Shown here in pieces: positions 28,263 through 42,066 of a stretch of 59,567 nt of DNA; the stretch's first letter is position 1, and every line of letters starts with the position of its first letter. The stretch is from the NCBI GenBank assembly GCA_021161675.1, contig JAGHAF010000107.1, positions 1-59,567 on the forward strand. The letters run 5' to 3'. The notes beneath the pieces were generated by a model that was not told the DNA's origin, did no database searches, and saw nothing but the letters and a program-made list of their open reading frames with translations. Origin of the DNA: Planctomycetota bacterium (GTDB taxonomy: Bacteria; Planctomycetota; Brocadiia; SM23-32). The position numbers and the translations under genes were made by a program.

Positions 28263-30296
28263 ATGGCTGATAGAAGCCCTTCCAACATCTGCAACGTCGC
28301 ACTTGTCGGACACGGCGGCGTGGGAAAAACCACCTTCGTGGATAACGCGCTCCACGCGTGCGGACTGGCCAAGCGCGCCGGCGACGTAGGCGAGGGCACC
28401 TCGCTGAGCGACTATGATCCGGACGAAAAGGAGAACCAGTTCTCGATACAGAGCACGGTGTTTAACTTCGAGGCCGAGGGAAGGACGTTCAACCTGATAG
28501 ACACGCCCGGCTACCTGGACTTCGCCGGGGCGACGGCGGCCGTGCTCCCGGCGGTTGAGAGCGCCGTGATCGCCGTGAGCGCCCGGGAGGGAATCCAGCT
28601 CAACACGCACCGGATGTGGGAGGCTGCCGGCAAGCAGGGACTGGCGCGCATGATCCTGGTGACGCGCCTGGACAGCGACAACGTGCAGTTTGAGAGGCTC
28701 CTGGGAGATATCCGGGAGAGTTTCGGCAACCGCTGCCGGCCGGTATTCCTTCCCGTGGGAGTGGGCTCCGATTGCAGCGGCGTCGTCAACGTACTGCAGG
28801 CCGGCGATGCGCCCGAGGGCGTCGTGGGCGATTTCGCCGCCGCCGGCCAGCAGGTGAGAGAATCCATCATCGAGAGCAATGACGAACTGATGGAGAAGTA
28901 CCTGGAGGGCGAGGAGGTCGGCCTGGCCGAGCTGATGGAGACCCTGGGCCGGGCCGTGACTGAGGGCACGCTTGTGCCGGTGCTTTGCTGCGCGGCGAAG
29001 AAAGAGATCGGCGTCAGGGAGACGATAGCGTTCCTGGCCGCGTGTGCGCCTTCCGCGGCGCAGGGGGTGGCGCGCAGCGCGCTGAACGCCGCGGGAGAGC
29101 AAATCGAGCTCGCCGCCGATCCAAAGGGCGCGCTCTGCGCCCGAGTATTCAAGGTTACGACCGACATGCACGTGGGCAAAGTGGTCTATCTGCGCCTTTA
29201 CAACGGCACACTCGGCGCCAATTCCACAATTCGCCTGTCCCGCACCGGAAAGGACGTGAGACTGGGGCACATCTATACGATCTATGGCGCGGAGCAGAAA
29301 GAAGTGCAGCAGGCGGCGCCGGGGGACATCATCTCCGTCACCAAGATCGAGGAGCTTCAGTTAGGCGACACCCTTTGCAGCCCGGAGGCGCCCCTTACGC
29401 TGCCTCAGATGGACTTCCCCAGCCCACTGACGTCGCTGACCGTCGAGTCGCAGAGCCGGGAGGACGAGGAGAAGATCAGCACGGGCCTTCGCGGACTGGC
29501 GGAGGGCGATCCCACCTTCCAGATTCGACGCGAACAGCACAGCAACGAGCTTGTCATCACCGGCATGAGCAACCTGCACCTGAATATCATGCTCGCCAGG
29601 CTGAAAAGACGCTATGACGTCTCCGTGTCCACCCGCACGCCGGCCATCCCCTATCTCGAAACGATCACCCGGAAAGCAGAAGGCCACTACCGGCACAAGA
29701 AACAGACGGGAGGGCGCGGCCAATACGGGGAGGTCTATCTGCGGGTAGAGCCGAATGAGCGCGGAGAGGGTTTCGAGTTCATCGACGAGATAAAGGGCGG
29801 CGTAATACCGAGCCAGTTCATACCGGCCGTCGAGAAAGGAATCCGCGAGACGTTGCAGGACGGCCCCCTGGCGGGATATCCCGTGGTGGATTTTAAGGCG
29901 GCGGTTTATGACGGCAGCTTCCACACCGTAGACTCCTCCGAGGCCGCGTTCAAGATCGCCGGCGGCCGCGCCTTCCGGGAGGCGTATCTGAACGCCGGGC
30001 CCGTCCTGCTCGAACCCATCGGCGAGATCGAAGTGTTCGCCCCCACTGAATTCATGGGAGACATCACCGGCAGTCTGACCGGCCATAGGGCGCGTATTCA
30101 GGGGATGGACCAGCAGGGCCCGATGCAGGTGATCCGCGCCGACATTCCAATGGCGGAGGCGCAGCGTTACAACGCAGAACTGAAGAGCATGACGGGCGGG
30201 GAGGGCACTTTCAGCCTGAAGTTCGCCTATTATCAGGTCGTGCCCCCACAGCTCCAGAGCGAGATCATCGCCCGACAACAGCAACAGAAGGATTGA
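28263..30296 (+). CDS. Elongation factor G family paralog with atypical GTPase motifs
   Basis: 677 aa, alignable with EF-G through domains II-V (KVTTDMHVGKVVYLRLYNGTL; GQYGEVYLRVEP; AEAQRYNAELKSMTGGEG). G1 is GHGGVGKTT, G3 is DTPGY (Tyr in place of the catalytic His), and G4 is TRLD instead of NKxD. Confidence 0.85.
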   Translation: MADRSPSNICNVALVGHGGVGKTTFVDNALHACGLAKRAGDVGEGTSLSDYDPDEKENQFSIQSTVFNFEAEGRTFNLIDTPGYLDFAGATAAVLPAVESAVIAVSAREGIQLNTHRMWEAAGKQGLARMILVTRLDSDNVQFERLLGDIRESFGNRCRPVFLPVGVGSDCSGVVNVLQAGDAPEGVVGDFAAAGQQVRESIIESNDELMEKYLEGEEVGLAELMETLGRAVTEGTLVPVLCCAAKKEIGVRETIAFLAACAPSAAQGVARSALNAAGEQIELAADPKGALCARVFKVTTDMHVGKVVYLRLYNGTLGANSTIRLSRTGKDVRLGHIYTIYGAEQKEVQQAAPGDIISVTKIEELQLGDTLCSPEAPLTLPQMDFPSPLTSLTVESQSREDEEKISTGLRGLAEGDPTFQIRREQHSNELVITGMSNLHLNIMLARLKRRYDVSVSTRTPAIPYLETITRKAEGHYRHKKQTGGRGQYGEVYLRVEPNERGEGFEFIDEIKGGVIPSQFIPAVEKGIRETLQDGPLAGYPVVDFKAAVYDGSFHTVDSSEAAFKIAGGRAFREAYLNAGPVLLEPIGEIEVFAPTEFMGDITGSLTGHRARIQGMDQQGPMQVIRADIPMAEAQRYNAELKSMTGGEGTFSLKFAYYQVVPPQLQSEIIARQQQQKD

Positions 30297-30341
30297 GACG
30301 GCAATCAAGCAGTCCTCCCGTTTTTGCGAAGGAGGCGCCCT

Positions 30342-30869
30342 GTGACCACAGAAGCGAAGGTAATCGTCGTAATGGGCAGCGATTCCGACCTGCCGATCGT
30401 GGAGGAGACGATCAACGCGCTCGATCAGATGGAGGTCCCCTTCGAGGTCCACGTCATCAGCGCCCACCGTTCGCCCGATGCGCTGGAGGAACTGGTGAGG
30501 GAGGCCCGGTCCGGTGCGGCACAGGTCATTATTGCGGTCGCCGGCGGGTCTGCGCACCTGGCCGGCGCGCTGGCTGCGCGCACCGCGCTGCCGGTCATCG
30601 GCGTTCCTGTGCCCACGGACGTGATGGGCGGCGTTGATTCTCTGCTTTCGACCGTCCAGATGCCCTCGGGGGTCCCGGTGGCCTGCATGGGGCTCGGGGC
30701 GTCGGGCGCCCGCAATGCCGCCGTGCTCGCCGCGCAGATCCTGGCCGCAGCGCAGCCGCGCTACCGGGAAGTCCTCTACCGGCTCAAAGAGCGACAGGCC
30801 CGGCAAGTAGAGCATCAGGATCAGAATGTCCAGCAGTGGTTGAAGGACCGGCGGCAGGCGCAGAGATGA
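30342..30869 (+). CDS. purE: N5-carboxyaminoimidazole ribonucleotide mutase PurE
   Basis: VIVVMGSDSDLPIV..HVISAHRSPD..IIAVAGGSAHLAG..PVIGVPV. GTG at 30342 lies 6 nt after GAAGGAGG; the track ORF starts at 30324. Confidence 0.9.
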   Translation: MTTEAKVIVVMGSDSDLPIVEETINALDQMEVPFEVHVISAHRSPDALEELVREARSGAAQVIIAVAGGSAHLAGALAARTALPVIGVPVPTDVMGGVDSLLSTVQMPSGVPVACMGLGASGARNAAVLAAQILAAAQPRYREVLYRLKERQARQVEHQDQNVQQWLKDRRQAQR

Positions 30870-30919
30870 AAGCCCCGCGTGGGCTGCGCAGGGCGCAGGG
30901 AGTCGCTGTTGTCGAGTGT

Positions 30920-30948
30920 TTGCAAATGAACCGGCGCCGGGGAATAAT
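30920..30948 (+). promoter_or_regulatory. Candidate promoter for the nitroreductase gene
   Basis: TTGCAA, 17-nt spacer, AATAAT. Confidence 0.3.
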
Positions 30949-30976
30949 GTAAGATAGACTCTGGAGGTACGGACTG

Positions 30977-31476
30977 ATGGATTTTTACAAGGTTATCAAG
31001 GGCCGGCGCAGCGTGCGCGCCTATCGGAGCGCGCCGGTCGAAGAGGAGAAGCTGCGGCGCATCCTGGATGCGGCCCGGCTTGCGCCGAGCGCGGCGAACC
31101 GGCAACCGATCCGCCTTTATGTCATCCGTGACGACGGATTGCGTCACGACCTGCTTCAGGCCTATTCTCAGCAGTGGTTCGCGGACGCTCCGGTGATAAT
31201 ATGCGCCTGCCACCGCGCCGGCGAGGCTTGGCGCCGGTCCGATGGGAAAAGCTACGCCGACGTGGACCTGACCATTGCCATGGACCACCTGGTGCTGGCC
31301 GCCGCCGCGGAAGGGCTCGGCACGTGTTGGATCGGTGCGTTCAAGCCGGCGGTGGTGCGGCGGATTCTCCAGATACCGGAGGAGCTGGAACCCGTCGCGC
31401 TCACGCCCCTGGGCTATCCTGCCGAAATGCCTTCCCCCACGCCCAGAAAACCCCTGGATGAGATCGTAGAGTACCG

Positions 31477-31480
<4 letters not shown>
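30977..31480 (+). CDS. Nitroreductase family protein
   Basis: RRSVRAY..LRRILDAARLAPSAANRQP..CWIGAF; 167 aa. Confidence 0.85.
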
Positions 31481-35514
<4,034 letters not shown>

Positions 35515-35564
35515 ACCGTTGTCTTTGTCGTTCAATTCATCCTTCATCCTTCTGCCTTTATCCT

Positions 35565-36014
35565 TCAGAACTGCCCCTCGCTGTCCAGGAGCAGCGTCAC
35601 GGGACCATTGCCCACCAGCTCCACTTCCATGTTGGCCTGGAACCGTCCGGTCGCAACTTTCACACCCCGCTCTCTTAGTTTCTGCGCCACGTCTTCGTAC
35701 AGCTCTTCGGCCAACGCTGCAGGGGCGGCGTGGCTGAAGGACGGACGGCGGCCCTTGCGGCAGTCGCCGTAGAGGGTGAACTGTGAGACCAGCAGCACCT
35801 CGGCGCCAACGTCGAGCACGGACAGATTCATGCGGCCCTCCGAATCGTCGAGCGCACGCAGCCCGGCGATCTTGCGCGCCATGTAGTCGGCGGCCTGGCG
35901 ATCGTCATCCTCCCCAACGCCCAGCAGCACCAGCAGCCCCCGGCCGATCCTGGCGACCTGCCGCGCGTCCACTCTGACCTCCGCCCGCGAGACTCGCTGA
36001 ACGACGGCTCTCAT
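35565..36014 (-). CDS. dtd: D-aminoacyl-tRNA deacylase
   Basis: MRAVVQRVSRAEVRVD..GLLVLLGV..SQFTLYGD..GRRPSF; 149 aa. Confidence 0.93.
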   Translation of the reverse strand: MRAVVQRVSRAEVRVDARQVARIGRGLLVLLGVGEDDDRQAADYMARKIAGLRALDDSEGRMNLSVLDVGAEVLLVSQFTLYGDCRKGRRPSFSHAAPAALAEELYEDVAQKLRERGVKVATGRFQANMEVELVGNGPVTLLLDSEGQF

Positions 36015-36923
36015 TCACTCCTCCTGAGCGATCTGAATGAGCTTTCGGTGCATCGAGGGCAGGCTCTGCCGGTGATCGACGCGGAAGTTGAACCCCTCCC
36101 CGCCGAGCGACACCGGGCGGCGCACTACGTTCTTAGCGGGGCGGAAATAGTAATCCTCCACGTCCCGGCGCAGGTCGAAGGAGGCCGTATAGAGCGGCGC
36201 CACCGGGTGTCCCAGGTTTCGGCTCATGCTGAGGGCCTTCAGGAAGACCTCTGGCAGGATAACCGCGGAGCCGAAGTTCAACAGCACGCCGCCGCTCATG
36301 CCGCAGACCGTCTCGATGTAGGTTTCGAAGTCCCGGTGGGAGGCGGCCCCCGTCTTCGCGCCGTCGAAGGTGGGATGCTGATGAACGATGTCCGTGCCTA
36401 TCGCCACGTGGACGGTGGCCGGGATGCCCATCTCGAAGGCGCCGGCGAGAACACTGTGGCTGCGGTGCGGCAACTGTTCTGTGCTGATGCGCCGGCCGAC
36501 GGCCTTGCCGAATCCCTCGCCGGTGGCATTGACGGTCTCGTTGATAAACCGGCCGGTTTCCTCCGCCATGCCGAAGGAGCCGTCTTCAATGCCGGAGGCC
36601 ACGTCTTCGCTGGTCTCTCCGATCAGGGCGATCTCGAAGTCATGGATCACGCAGGCGCCGTTCATGGCCACGTGTGAGACGAAGCCGCGCTCCATCAGGT
36701 CCCTTACCACCAGGCCGAGGCCGCATTTGATCACGTGCGCGCCGAACTGCAACAGCACCGGCCGCCCATCCCGCGCGGCATTAGAGATATGCCGGCACAG
36801 CCGCCCGAACTCCTCGTTATCCCACGCCACGCGGCTCTGGTCAGGATGGACGAAATCCTCCAGGCTGACCAGGTTCTTCCTTTCAGCGATGGGATAGGTT
36901 TTCAGTTTGCTCCAGTCTATCAT
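36015..36923 (-). CDS. Hypothetical protein, possibly deoxyhypusine-synthase-like (DHS-like NAD-binding fold)
   Basis: 302 aa. LQFGAHVIKCGLGLVVRDLMERGFVSHVAMNGACVIHDFEIAL and GGVLLNFGSAVILPE recall DHS-family segments. Assigned from memory only. Confidence 0.4.
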   Translation of the reverse strand: MIDWSKLKTYPIAERKNLVSLEDFVHPDQSRVAWDNEEFGRLCRHISNAARDGRPVLLQFGAHVIKCGLGLVVRDLMERGFVSHVAMNGACVIHDFEIALIGETSEDVASGIEDGSFGMAEETGRFINETVNATGEGFGKAVGRRISTEQLPHRSHSVLAGAFEMGIPATVHVAIGTDIVHQHPTFDGAKTGAASHRDFETYIETVCGMSGGVLLNFGSAVILPEVFLKALSMSRNLGHPVAPLYTASFDLRRDVEDYYFRPAKNVVRRPVSLGGEGFNFRVDHRQSLPSMHRKLIQIAQEE

Positions 36924-37070
36924 CTATCTTTCCTCTTGCTACGGTAGCCGCGTCCTTTACAATAGGCTCGGATAGATTATACGGGCGTTTGGAAAACCGA
37001 ATCAAGACATATGTGCGGGTCCCGTTGAGCCGGTTCCCGCCATTGTGCGCTTCCCGAACAGGATTGCGGT

Positions 37071-38477
37071 ATGGCCAAGAAGCCGAGGGTCTTGATCGTG
37101 GACGACAAGGCGAGCATGTTGAAGATGCTCTCCGAGTTGCTCTCCCAGGACTACGAGATCACCACGTGCGACTCTGCGCCCGCAGCTCTCAGGAGGGTGA
37201 GCGCAGCCCCTCCCGACGTGGTCCTCAGTGATATCCGCATGCCCGGGATGGACGGCATGGAGCTGTTGCAGACCATCAAGGAACGCTCGCCTAACACTGA
37301 GGTGATCCTAATGACCGCCTACGCCACGGTCGCGCAGGCGGTGACGGCCGTCAAGGAGGGCGCTTACGATTATCTGACCAAGCCTTTCGAGCCGGACGAG
37401 CTGGAAATCACGCTGGAGAAAGCGGTGGAGCGCAAGCAATTGCGCGAGCAGACCCGTATCCTCAAAGAGCAGGTCGAAGAGAAGTACGGCTTCCCCAACA
37501 TAGTGGGCAAGAGCGAAGCAATAAAGCAGGCCTTCGATCTGGCTCGCAAGGCCGCCGACTCCGACACCACCGTCCTGCTGACGGGGGAGAGCGGCACGGG
37601 CAAAGAGCTTTTCGCGCGCGCCATTCACCATGCCAGCGCGCGCCGCAACCGGCGCTTCGTCGCCATCAACTGCGGGGCCATGCCTAAGGACCTGATCGAG
37701 AGCGAGCTTTTCGGCTACGTCAAGGGCGCCTTCAGCGGGGCCTCCAGGGACAAGCTCGGCCTGTTCATGGAAGCCGACGGGGGCACACTCCTCCTGGATG
37801 AGATTACCGAACTCAGTCCCGACCTCCAGATCAAGATCAACCGCGCCATACAAGAAAAGGAAATCCGCCGGGTGGGGGACACCACGGACATCCCGGTGGA
37901 CGTGCGCATCATCGCCTGCACGAACCGCAACCTTGCGGAGGCCATGAAAACGGGACAGTTCCGGGAAGACCTCTATTATCGTCTCAATGTCTTCCCCATC
38001 GAGCTTCCGCCGCTCAGGGAGCGTCTCGGAGACGTCAACCTGCTGGTGGAGCACTTCTTGAAAGAATTCACACGTTCAAAGCCAGAAGATTACGAAGTCA
38101 CACCCGCCGCGATGAAACTGCTGATGAACCACCAATGGCCGGGCAACGTGCGCGAGCTTCAGAACGCCGTGGAGCGGGCTGTCGTGCTGGCGGAGGACGG
38201 CAGGCTCACACCTGCGCTGTTCCCCTTCATCGAGTCGGCCGCAAAGGAGTCGGATGCCGAACTCTCGGTTCTCCTGGCGCTGCCATATCGTGAGGCGACG
38301 GACCGCCTGGTTGATAGCTGCCGGCGACAGTACCTGGAGGGAGTGCTCAGGGAGTGCAACGCCAACGTAACCAGGGCGGCCGAGCACGCCGGCCTCGAGC
38401 GCGAAAGCTTCCACCGGCTGATGCGCCAATACGGCATCGACCGCGAGAAGATCAAACGAGGGCTCAGCGAAGGCTAA
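37071..38477 (+). CDS. Sigma-54-dependent response regulator (NtrC family: REC, AAA+, Fis-type HTH)
   Basis: VLIVDD..SDIRMPGMDG; GESGTGKELFARAIH; GYVKGAFSGA (GAFTGA-like); WPGNVRELQN; C-terminal HTH NVTRAAEHAGLERESFHRLMRQYGI. Confidence 0.9.
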   Translation: MAKKPRVLIVDDKASMLKMLSELLSQDYEITTCDSAPAALRRVSAAPPDVVLSDIRMPGMDGMELLQTIKERSPNTEVILMTAYATVAQAVTAVKEGAYDYLTKPFEPDELEITLEKAVERKQLREQTRILKEQVEEKYGFPNIVGKSEAIKQAFDLARKAADSDTTVLLTGESGTGKELFARAIHHASARRNRRFVAINCGAMPKDLIESELFGYVKGAFSGASRDKLGLFMEADGGTLLLDEITELSPDLQIKINRAIQEKEIRRVGDTTDIPVDVRIIACTNRNLAEAMKTGQFREDLYYRLNVFPIELPPLRERLGDVNLLVEHFLKEFTRSKPEDYEVTPAAMKLLMNHQWPGNVRELQNAVERAVVLAEDGRLTPALFPFIESAAKESDAELSVLLALPYREATDRLVDSCRRQYLEGVLRECNANVTRAAEHAGLERESFHRLMRQYGIDREKIKRGLSEG

Positions 38478-38516
38478 GCCGGCCGCCCCCGAGAAATCCG
38501 CCCTGAAGTTCCCGGC

Positions 38517-39233
38517 TCAGAAGTCCGTCTGCAACTGCCGCAGCTTCTCGTCCGGGCCGATTACTACGAGGATATCCCCCTGTTCGATCACATCCTCTGC
38601 GTGGGGCAGGTCATTGACGTGGTATTGCATCTGGCCGTTCCCGTTAGAGCCCGGGGCGGGTTCAAGGGACTTGATGGCCACGATGTTGAGGCCGTAGGTG
38701 TTGCGGAAGTCCAGTTGCTGGAGAGTCTTGCCCACGAATTCGGGTTGCGCTTTTAGCTGGGCCAGCGCGTGATTGCTGGTAATGGGGGCGATGACCTGGA
38801 TGCCGGGCATCATGACCTTCTGCGCCACCTGCCGGGCCATCTCGTTCTCCAGGCTCAGGATAGTGTCCAGCCCCATGGCCTCCAGTATCTGGGCCTGGTT
38901 CTGGTCAATGGCGCGGACCCATATTTCCTCCACGCCGAGCCGCTGCAAAACGGCGGTTACCAGGAGGCCGGCCTCGATATTGCGCCCGATGCACACAATG
39001 GCCAGGTCTGTCTGAGCCAGGTTGAGCTTCTTGACGGCGAACTCATTGGTGGCATCCAGGCACACGGCCCTGGATACTCGCTGGTCCGCCTGCTCAACAA
39101 GTTGCTTATCGGAGTCCACGGCCAGCACGTCCGCGCCCATTTCGGCCAGCCGGATGGCCAGCCCAAGGCCGAAGCGTCCGAGGCCGAAGACGGCCACCCG
39201 CCGCATCCCTTGTTTGCCTTGCTGGTTGTTCAT
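38517..39233 (-). CDS. trkA: TrkA/KtrA-type potassium uptake regulatory protein (RCK N and C domains)
   Basis: Rossmann motif VAVFGLGRFGLGLAIRLAEMGADVLAVDSD; C-terminal RCK-C with GDILVVIG. Confidence 0.8.
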   Translation of the reverse strand: MNNQQGKQGMRRVAVFGLGRFGLGLAIRLAEMGADVLAVDSDKQLVEQADQRVSRAVCLDATNEFAVKKLNLAQTDLAIVCIGRNIEAGLLVTAVLQRLGVEEIWVRAIDQNQAQILEAMGLDTILSLENEMARQVAQKVMMPGIQVIAPITSNHALAQLKAQPEFVGKTLQQLDFRNTYGLNIVAIKSLEPAPGSNGNGQMQYHVNDLPHAEDVIEQGDILVVIGPDEKLRQLQTDF

Positions 39234-39246
39234 CTATGACCTCGAC

Positions 39247-40050
39247 TCAATGTTTTCTCTTGCTCTCCAGGTAACGTCCGTGCGGACCTTCCTGGGAGCG
39301 CCGCAGGAACTCCACCAGGTAGAGCGTCTCCGGGCTGGTGTTCGCATCGTTTTCCAGCTTCGCGTACATGCGTGATCGGTTCAACTGCCGCATTCGGTAG
39401 ATGGCCTTGTAAGCATCCCAGAGACCCTCGATTCCTTCCTGCTGGTAGCCGGCGCGCTGCAGGCCGATTTCATTGACGCCCCGGACACGCGCAGGATTGC
39501 CCTCCACGATCATGAAGGGCGGCACGTCATGCACAATGCGGCTCAGGCCGCCGACGTAGGCCTGTTTCCCCACGGTGACGAACGGGTTCAGCGCCGCCCC
39601 GCCCATCAGCTTCGCGCCGCTCTCGATGTGGCAATGCCCGCCCAACAGCACGCCGTTGACCAGTATGACGTCGTCCTCCAGCACGCAGTCATGCCCCACG
39701 TGGCTGCAGATCATCAAGTAATTGCGATTGCCAATGCGGGTCAGGCCGTTGCCGGTGACGGTTCCGGTGTTGACGGTGACGAACTCGCGAAAAACGTTGT
39801 CCTCCCCGATGATCAGCCCCGTATCCTGGCCGTGGTACTTCAGGTCTTGCGGCGCCGTGCCGAGCACCACGTTCGGATGCAGAAGATTATTGGCGCCCAG
39901 GGTGGCGTGGCCTTCAATGTGGCAGTTGTGTCTGATGCGGCAGTTATCACCGATGGTTACGTTCGGGCCGACGTAGACATAGGGTCCGATCTCGACGTTT
40001 TTTCCGATCTGAGCGCCGCTTTCAACCACGGCGGTAGGATGTACTCTCAC
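39247..40050 (-). CDS. lpxA: Acyl-ACP--UDP-N-acetylglucosamine O-acyltransferase
   Basis: MRVHPTAVVESGAQIGKNVEIGPYVYVGPNVTIGDNCRI hexapeptide repeats, plus PQDLKY. Confidence 0.93.
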   Translation of the reverse strand: MRVHPTAVVESGAQIGKNVEIGPYVYVGPNVTIGDNCRIRHNCHIEGHATLGANNLLHPNVVLGTAPQDLKYHGQDTGLIIGEDNVFREFVTVNTGTVTGNGLTRIGNRNYLMICSHVGHDCVLEDDVILVNGVLLGGHCHIESGAKLMGGAALNPFVTVGKQAYVGGLSRIVHDVPPFMIVEGNPARVRGVNEIGLQRAGYQQEGIEGLWDAYKAIYRMRQLNRSRMYAKLENDANTSPETLYLVEFLRRSQEGPHGRYLESKRKH

Positions 40051-40066
40051 TGAAGCCTCTCCCTGT

Positions 40067-41395
40067 TTAGATAGCGCTCGCTTCCACGACCATGAAACTC
40101 ATCTCTGCTTCACACGCCAGCTCTCCGTCCACAGAACCTCTAGCTCTGACATGGGCGGACCTGGACCGCACCCGCATGGCCTCAACCTCCAGGATAAGCT
40201 GGTCACCCGGCTCCACAGGGCGGCGAAGCTTGACGTTTTTCATGCCCACCAGCAGGCAGACTTTGCCGGTGTGCTCCAGCTTGCGCAGCAACAGAAGCCC
40301 TGCCGTCTGCGCCATGGCCTCAAGCTGCAGAACGCCAGGCAGTATGGGGTAGTCCGGGTAGTGGCCCTGGAAGTAGGGTTCGTTGATGGAGCAGTTCTTC
40401 ACCGCCACGATCCTGCTCTCACCTTCGATGCGCAACACCCGATCCACCATCAGGAATGGGTAGCGATGCGGCAGCACACGGCGGATTTCCTGCACGTCCA
40501 GGTATTCCTCGCGGCCCACCCCTTCTTCCAGCAGTTGATGGAGTCGCCTGGTGAGGGCGGTGTTCAGTTCGTGTCCACTGCGGATCGCCATAATCCTGGC
40601 CTGCAGGTCCACCTTGAGCAGCGCGAGGTCGCCCAGCAGGTCCACCACTTTGTGGCGCACCGCCTCGTCGGGAAACCTGAGCGTGGCCGGCTCCCCGCTG
40701 AGCGGGCGTTTTATGGCGCCGTCCCTGCACAACAGGAATGCGTTCTCGTCGGTGACGCCGCCGCCGATGGAGAGCTTCTGGAACTGCTCGTAGTCATCCT
40801 CCAGGCCGAAGGTACGCGCCGGCGCCAGTTCCGCCATGTAGATTTCCGGGTCCAGGCGCATAGTGAAGACTTCCGTCGGGTGGTAGCCTTCGTCAAAGTC
40901 CAGCACGTAGCTGATTGTGAACTCGTCTTCCTGGGGCAGCGCGACAATGGTCGCCTCACCCCGTGGGATAGAGATAGTCTCTTGGAGCTGGAGCGTGGGC
41001 CGCTCAGCGCTTTGCTCTTCTATCCCCGCTTCCTGGAGCGCCTCGGCGAACTGGAGTGGACAGCCGCCCATTGCGGGCAGCTCAGAAGCGTCCAGCTCGA
41101 TCATCAGGTTATCCACCCGCAGCCCGGCGCAGGCGCTGAGCAGGTGCTCGACCGCGTTGACCTCCACGTCGTTCCAACTCAGGGCCGTGCAGCGGTAGCC
41201 CTCGCTGAGCGCCTCCACGCCGGTGGGCACGACCGGACTGTCCGGCAGATCGATCCGCCGGAACATGTAGCCGGTGTCCGCCTCTGCGGGAAGCAGGTTG
41301 ACCGTCACTTCCTTCCCGGAGAACAATGCGCTGCCGTGCAGCTCGACCGGCTTGGAGATGGTGGTTTGCTGACGCGCCATTTCACTTCGCTTCAA
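40067..41395 (-). CDS. lpxC/fabZ: Bifunctional UDP-3-O-acyl-GlcNAc deacetylase / 3-hydroxyacyl-ACP dehydratase (LpxC-FabZ fusion)
   Basis: The N-terminal LpxC part carries QTTISKPVELHGSALFSGKEVTVNL..VEHLLSA. The C-terminal FabZ hotdog part carries LPHRYPFLMVDRV..FQGHYP..PILPGVL. Confidence 0.92.
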   Translation of the reverse strand: MKRSEMARQQTTISKPVELHGSALFSGKEVTVNLLPAEADTGYMFRRIDLPDSPVVPTGVEALSEGYRCTALSWNDVEVNAVEHLLSACAGLRVDNLMIELDASELPAMGGCPLQFAEALQEAGIEEQSAERPTLQLQETISIPRGEATIVALPQEDEFTISYVLDFDEGYHPTEVFTMRLDPEIYMAELAPARTFGLEDDYEQFQKLSIGGGVTDENAFLLCRDGAIKRPLSGEPATLRFPDEAVRHKVVDLLGDLALLKVDLQARIMAIRSGHELNTALTRRLHQLLEEGVGREEYLDVQEIRRVLPHRYPFLMVDRVLRIEGESRIVAVKNCSINEPYFQGHYPDYPILPGVLQLEAMAQTAGLLLLRKLEHTGKVCLLVGMKNVKLRRPVEPGDQLILEVEAMRVRSRSAHVRARGSVDGELACEAEMSFMVVEASAI

Positions 41396-42005
41396 TAGGA
41401 CCGGAGTAATCGGCGTTGAGCCGCTCTATGATGGCGGCGCTGATGTCCAGCTCAGGGCTGGCGTAGAGGACCTCCGTCGTGGCCAGCAGCAGGTTCTGCT
41501 CGGCGCCCCCCGTCTGGCTGGTGTCGATGGTCTGTTTCTTCAGCACCAGGCTCAGGTCGTTCTCTTCGGCATAGCTCTTGACGGCGTCGCTTATGTTCTG
41601 GAAGACGAGACGGGCGGATTTGTTGTGGTGCGCGGTGATTTTGGTTTCGAAGTCACGGTTGACTTGCTGCAGCTTCTGGATGGCTTCGGCGACCTGGCGC
41701 TTCTTTTCGGTCTGCTCCTTCGTGCCGGGGGGCAGGCTGTCGTAATCGTTCTTCAGGACCTGCGCCTGTTCGGTCAGCTTTGCCAGCGTTGTCTTAGCGT
41801 TCTGCAGCAGTTGCATCCGCTCCTCGGCGGCGTCCTGCCATTGCTTGCTCTTGGAGAGGACCTTCTGCATGTCCACCACGGCTATGCGCAGGCCGGCGGG
41901 GGCGTTCTGCGCAGAGCTATCCTCTGCGGCGAGAGCTATCCAGGCGGCGCAGCAGATGATCGCAACGGCGATGACGAGGAACTTGACGTTGTGATTAATT
42001 CTCAT
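41382..42005 (-). CDS. skp: OmpH/Skp-family periplasmic chaperone
   Basis: Signal peptide followed by a coiled-coil-rich 207-aa protein (IAVVDMQKVLSKSKQWQ), located between bamA and lpxC/fabZ. Confidence 0.8.
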   Translation of the reverse strand: MRINHNVKFLVIAVAIICCAAWIALAAEDSSAQNAPAGLRIAVVDMQKVLSKSKQWQDAAEERMQLLQNAKTTLAKLTEQAQVLKNDYDSLPPGTKEQTEKKRQVAEAIQKLQQVNRDFETKITAHHNKSARLVFQNISDAVKSYAEENDLSLVLKKQTIDTSQTGGAEQNLLLATTEVLYASPELDISAAIIERLNADYSGPIEAK

Positions 42006-42066
42006 TGACGGTGTTCCTTTCTAACAGGTTGACAAGATCAATACTTTGAGCGAAGGGCGGGCCAGC

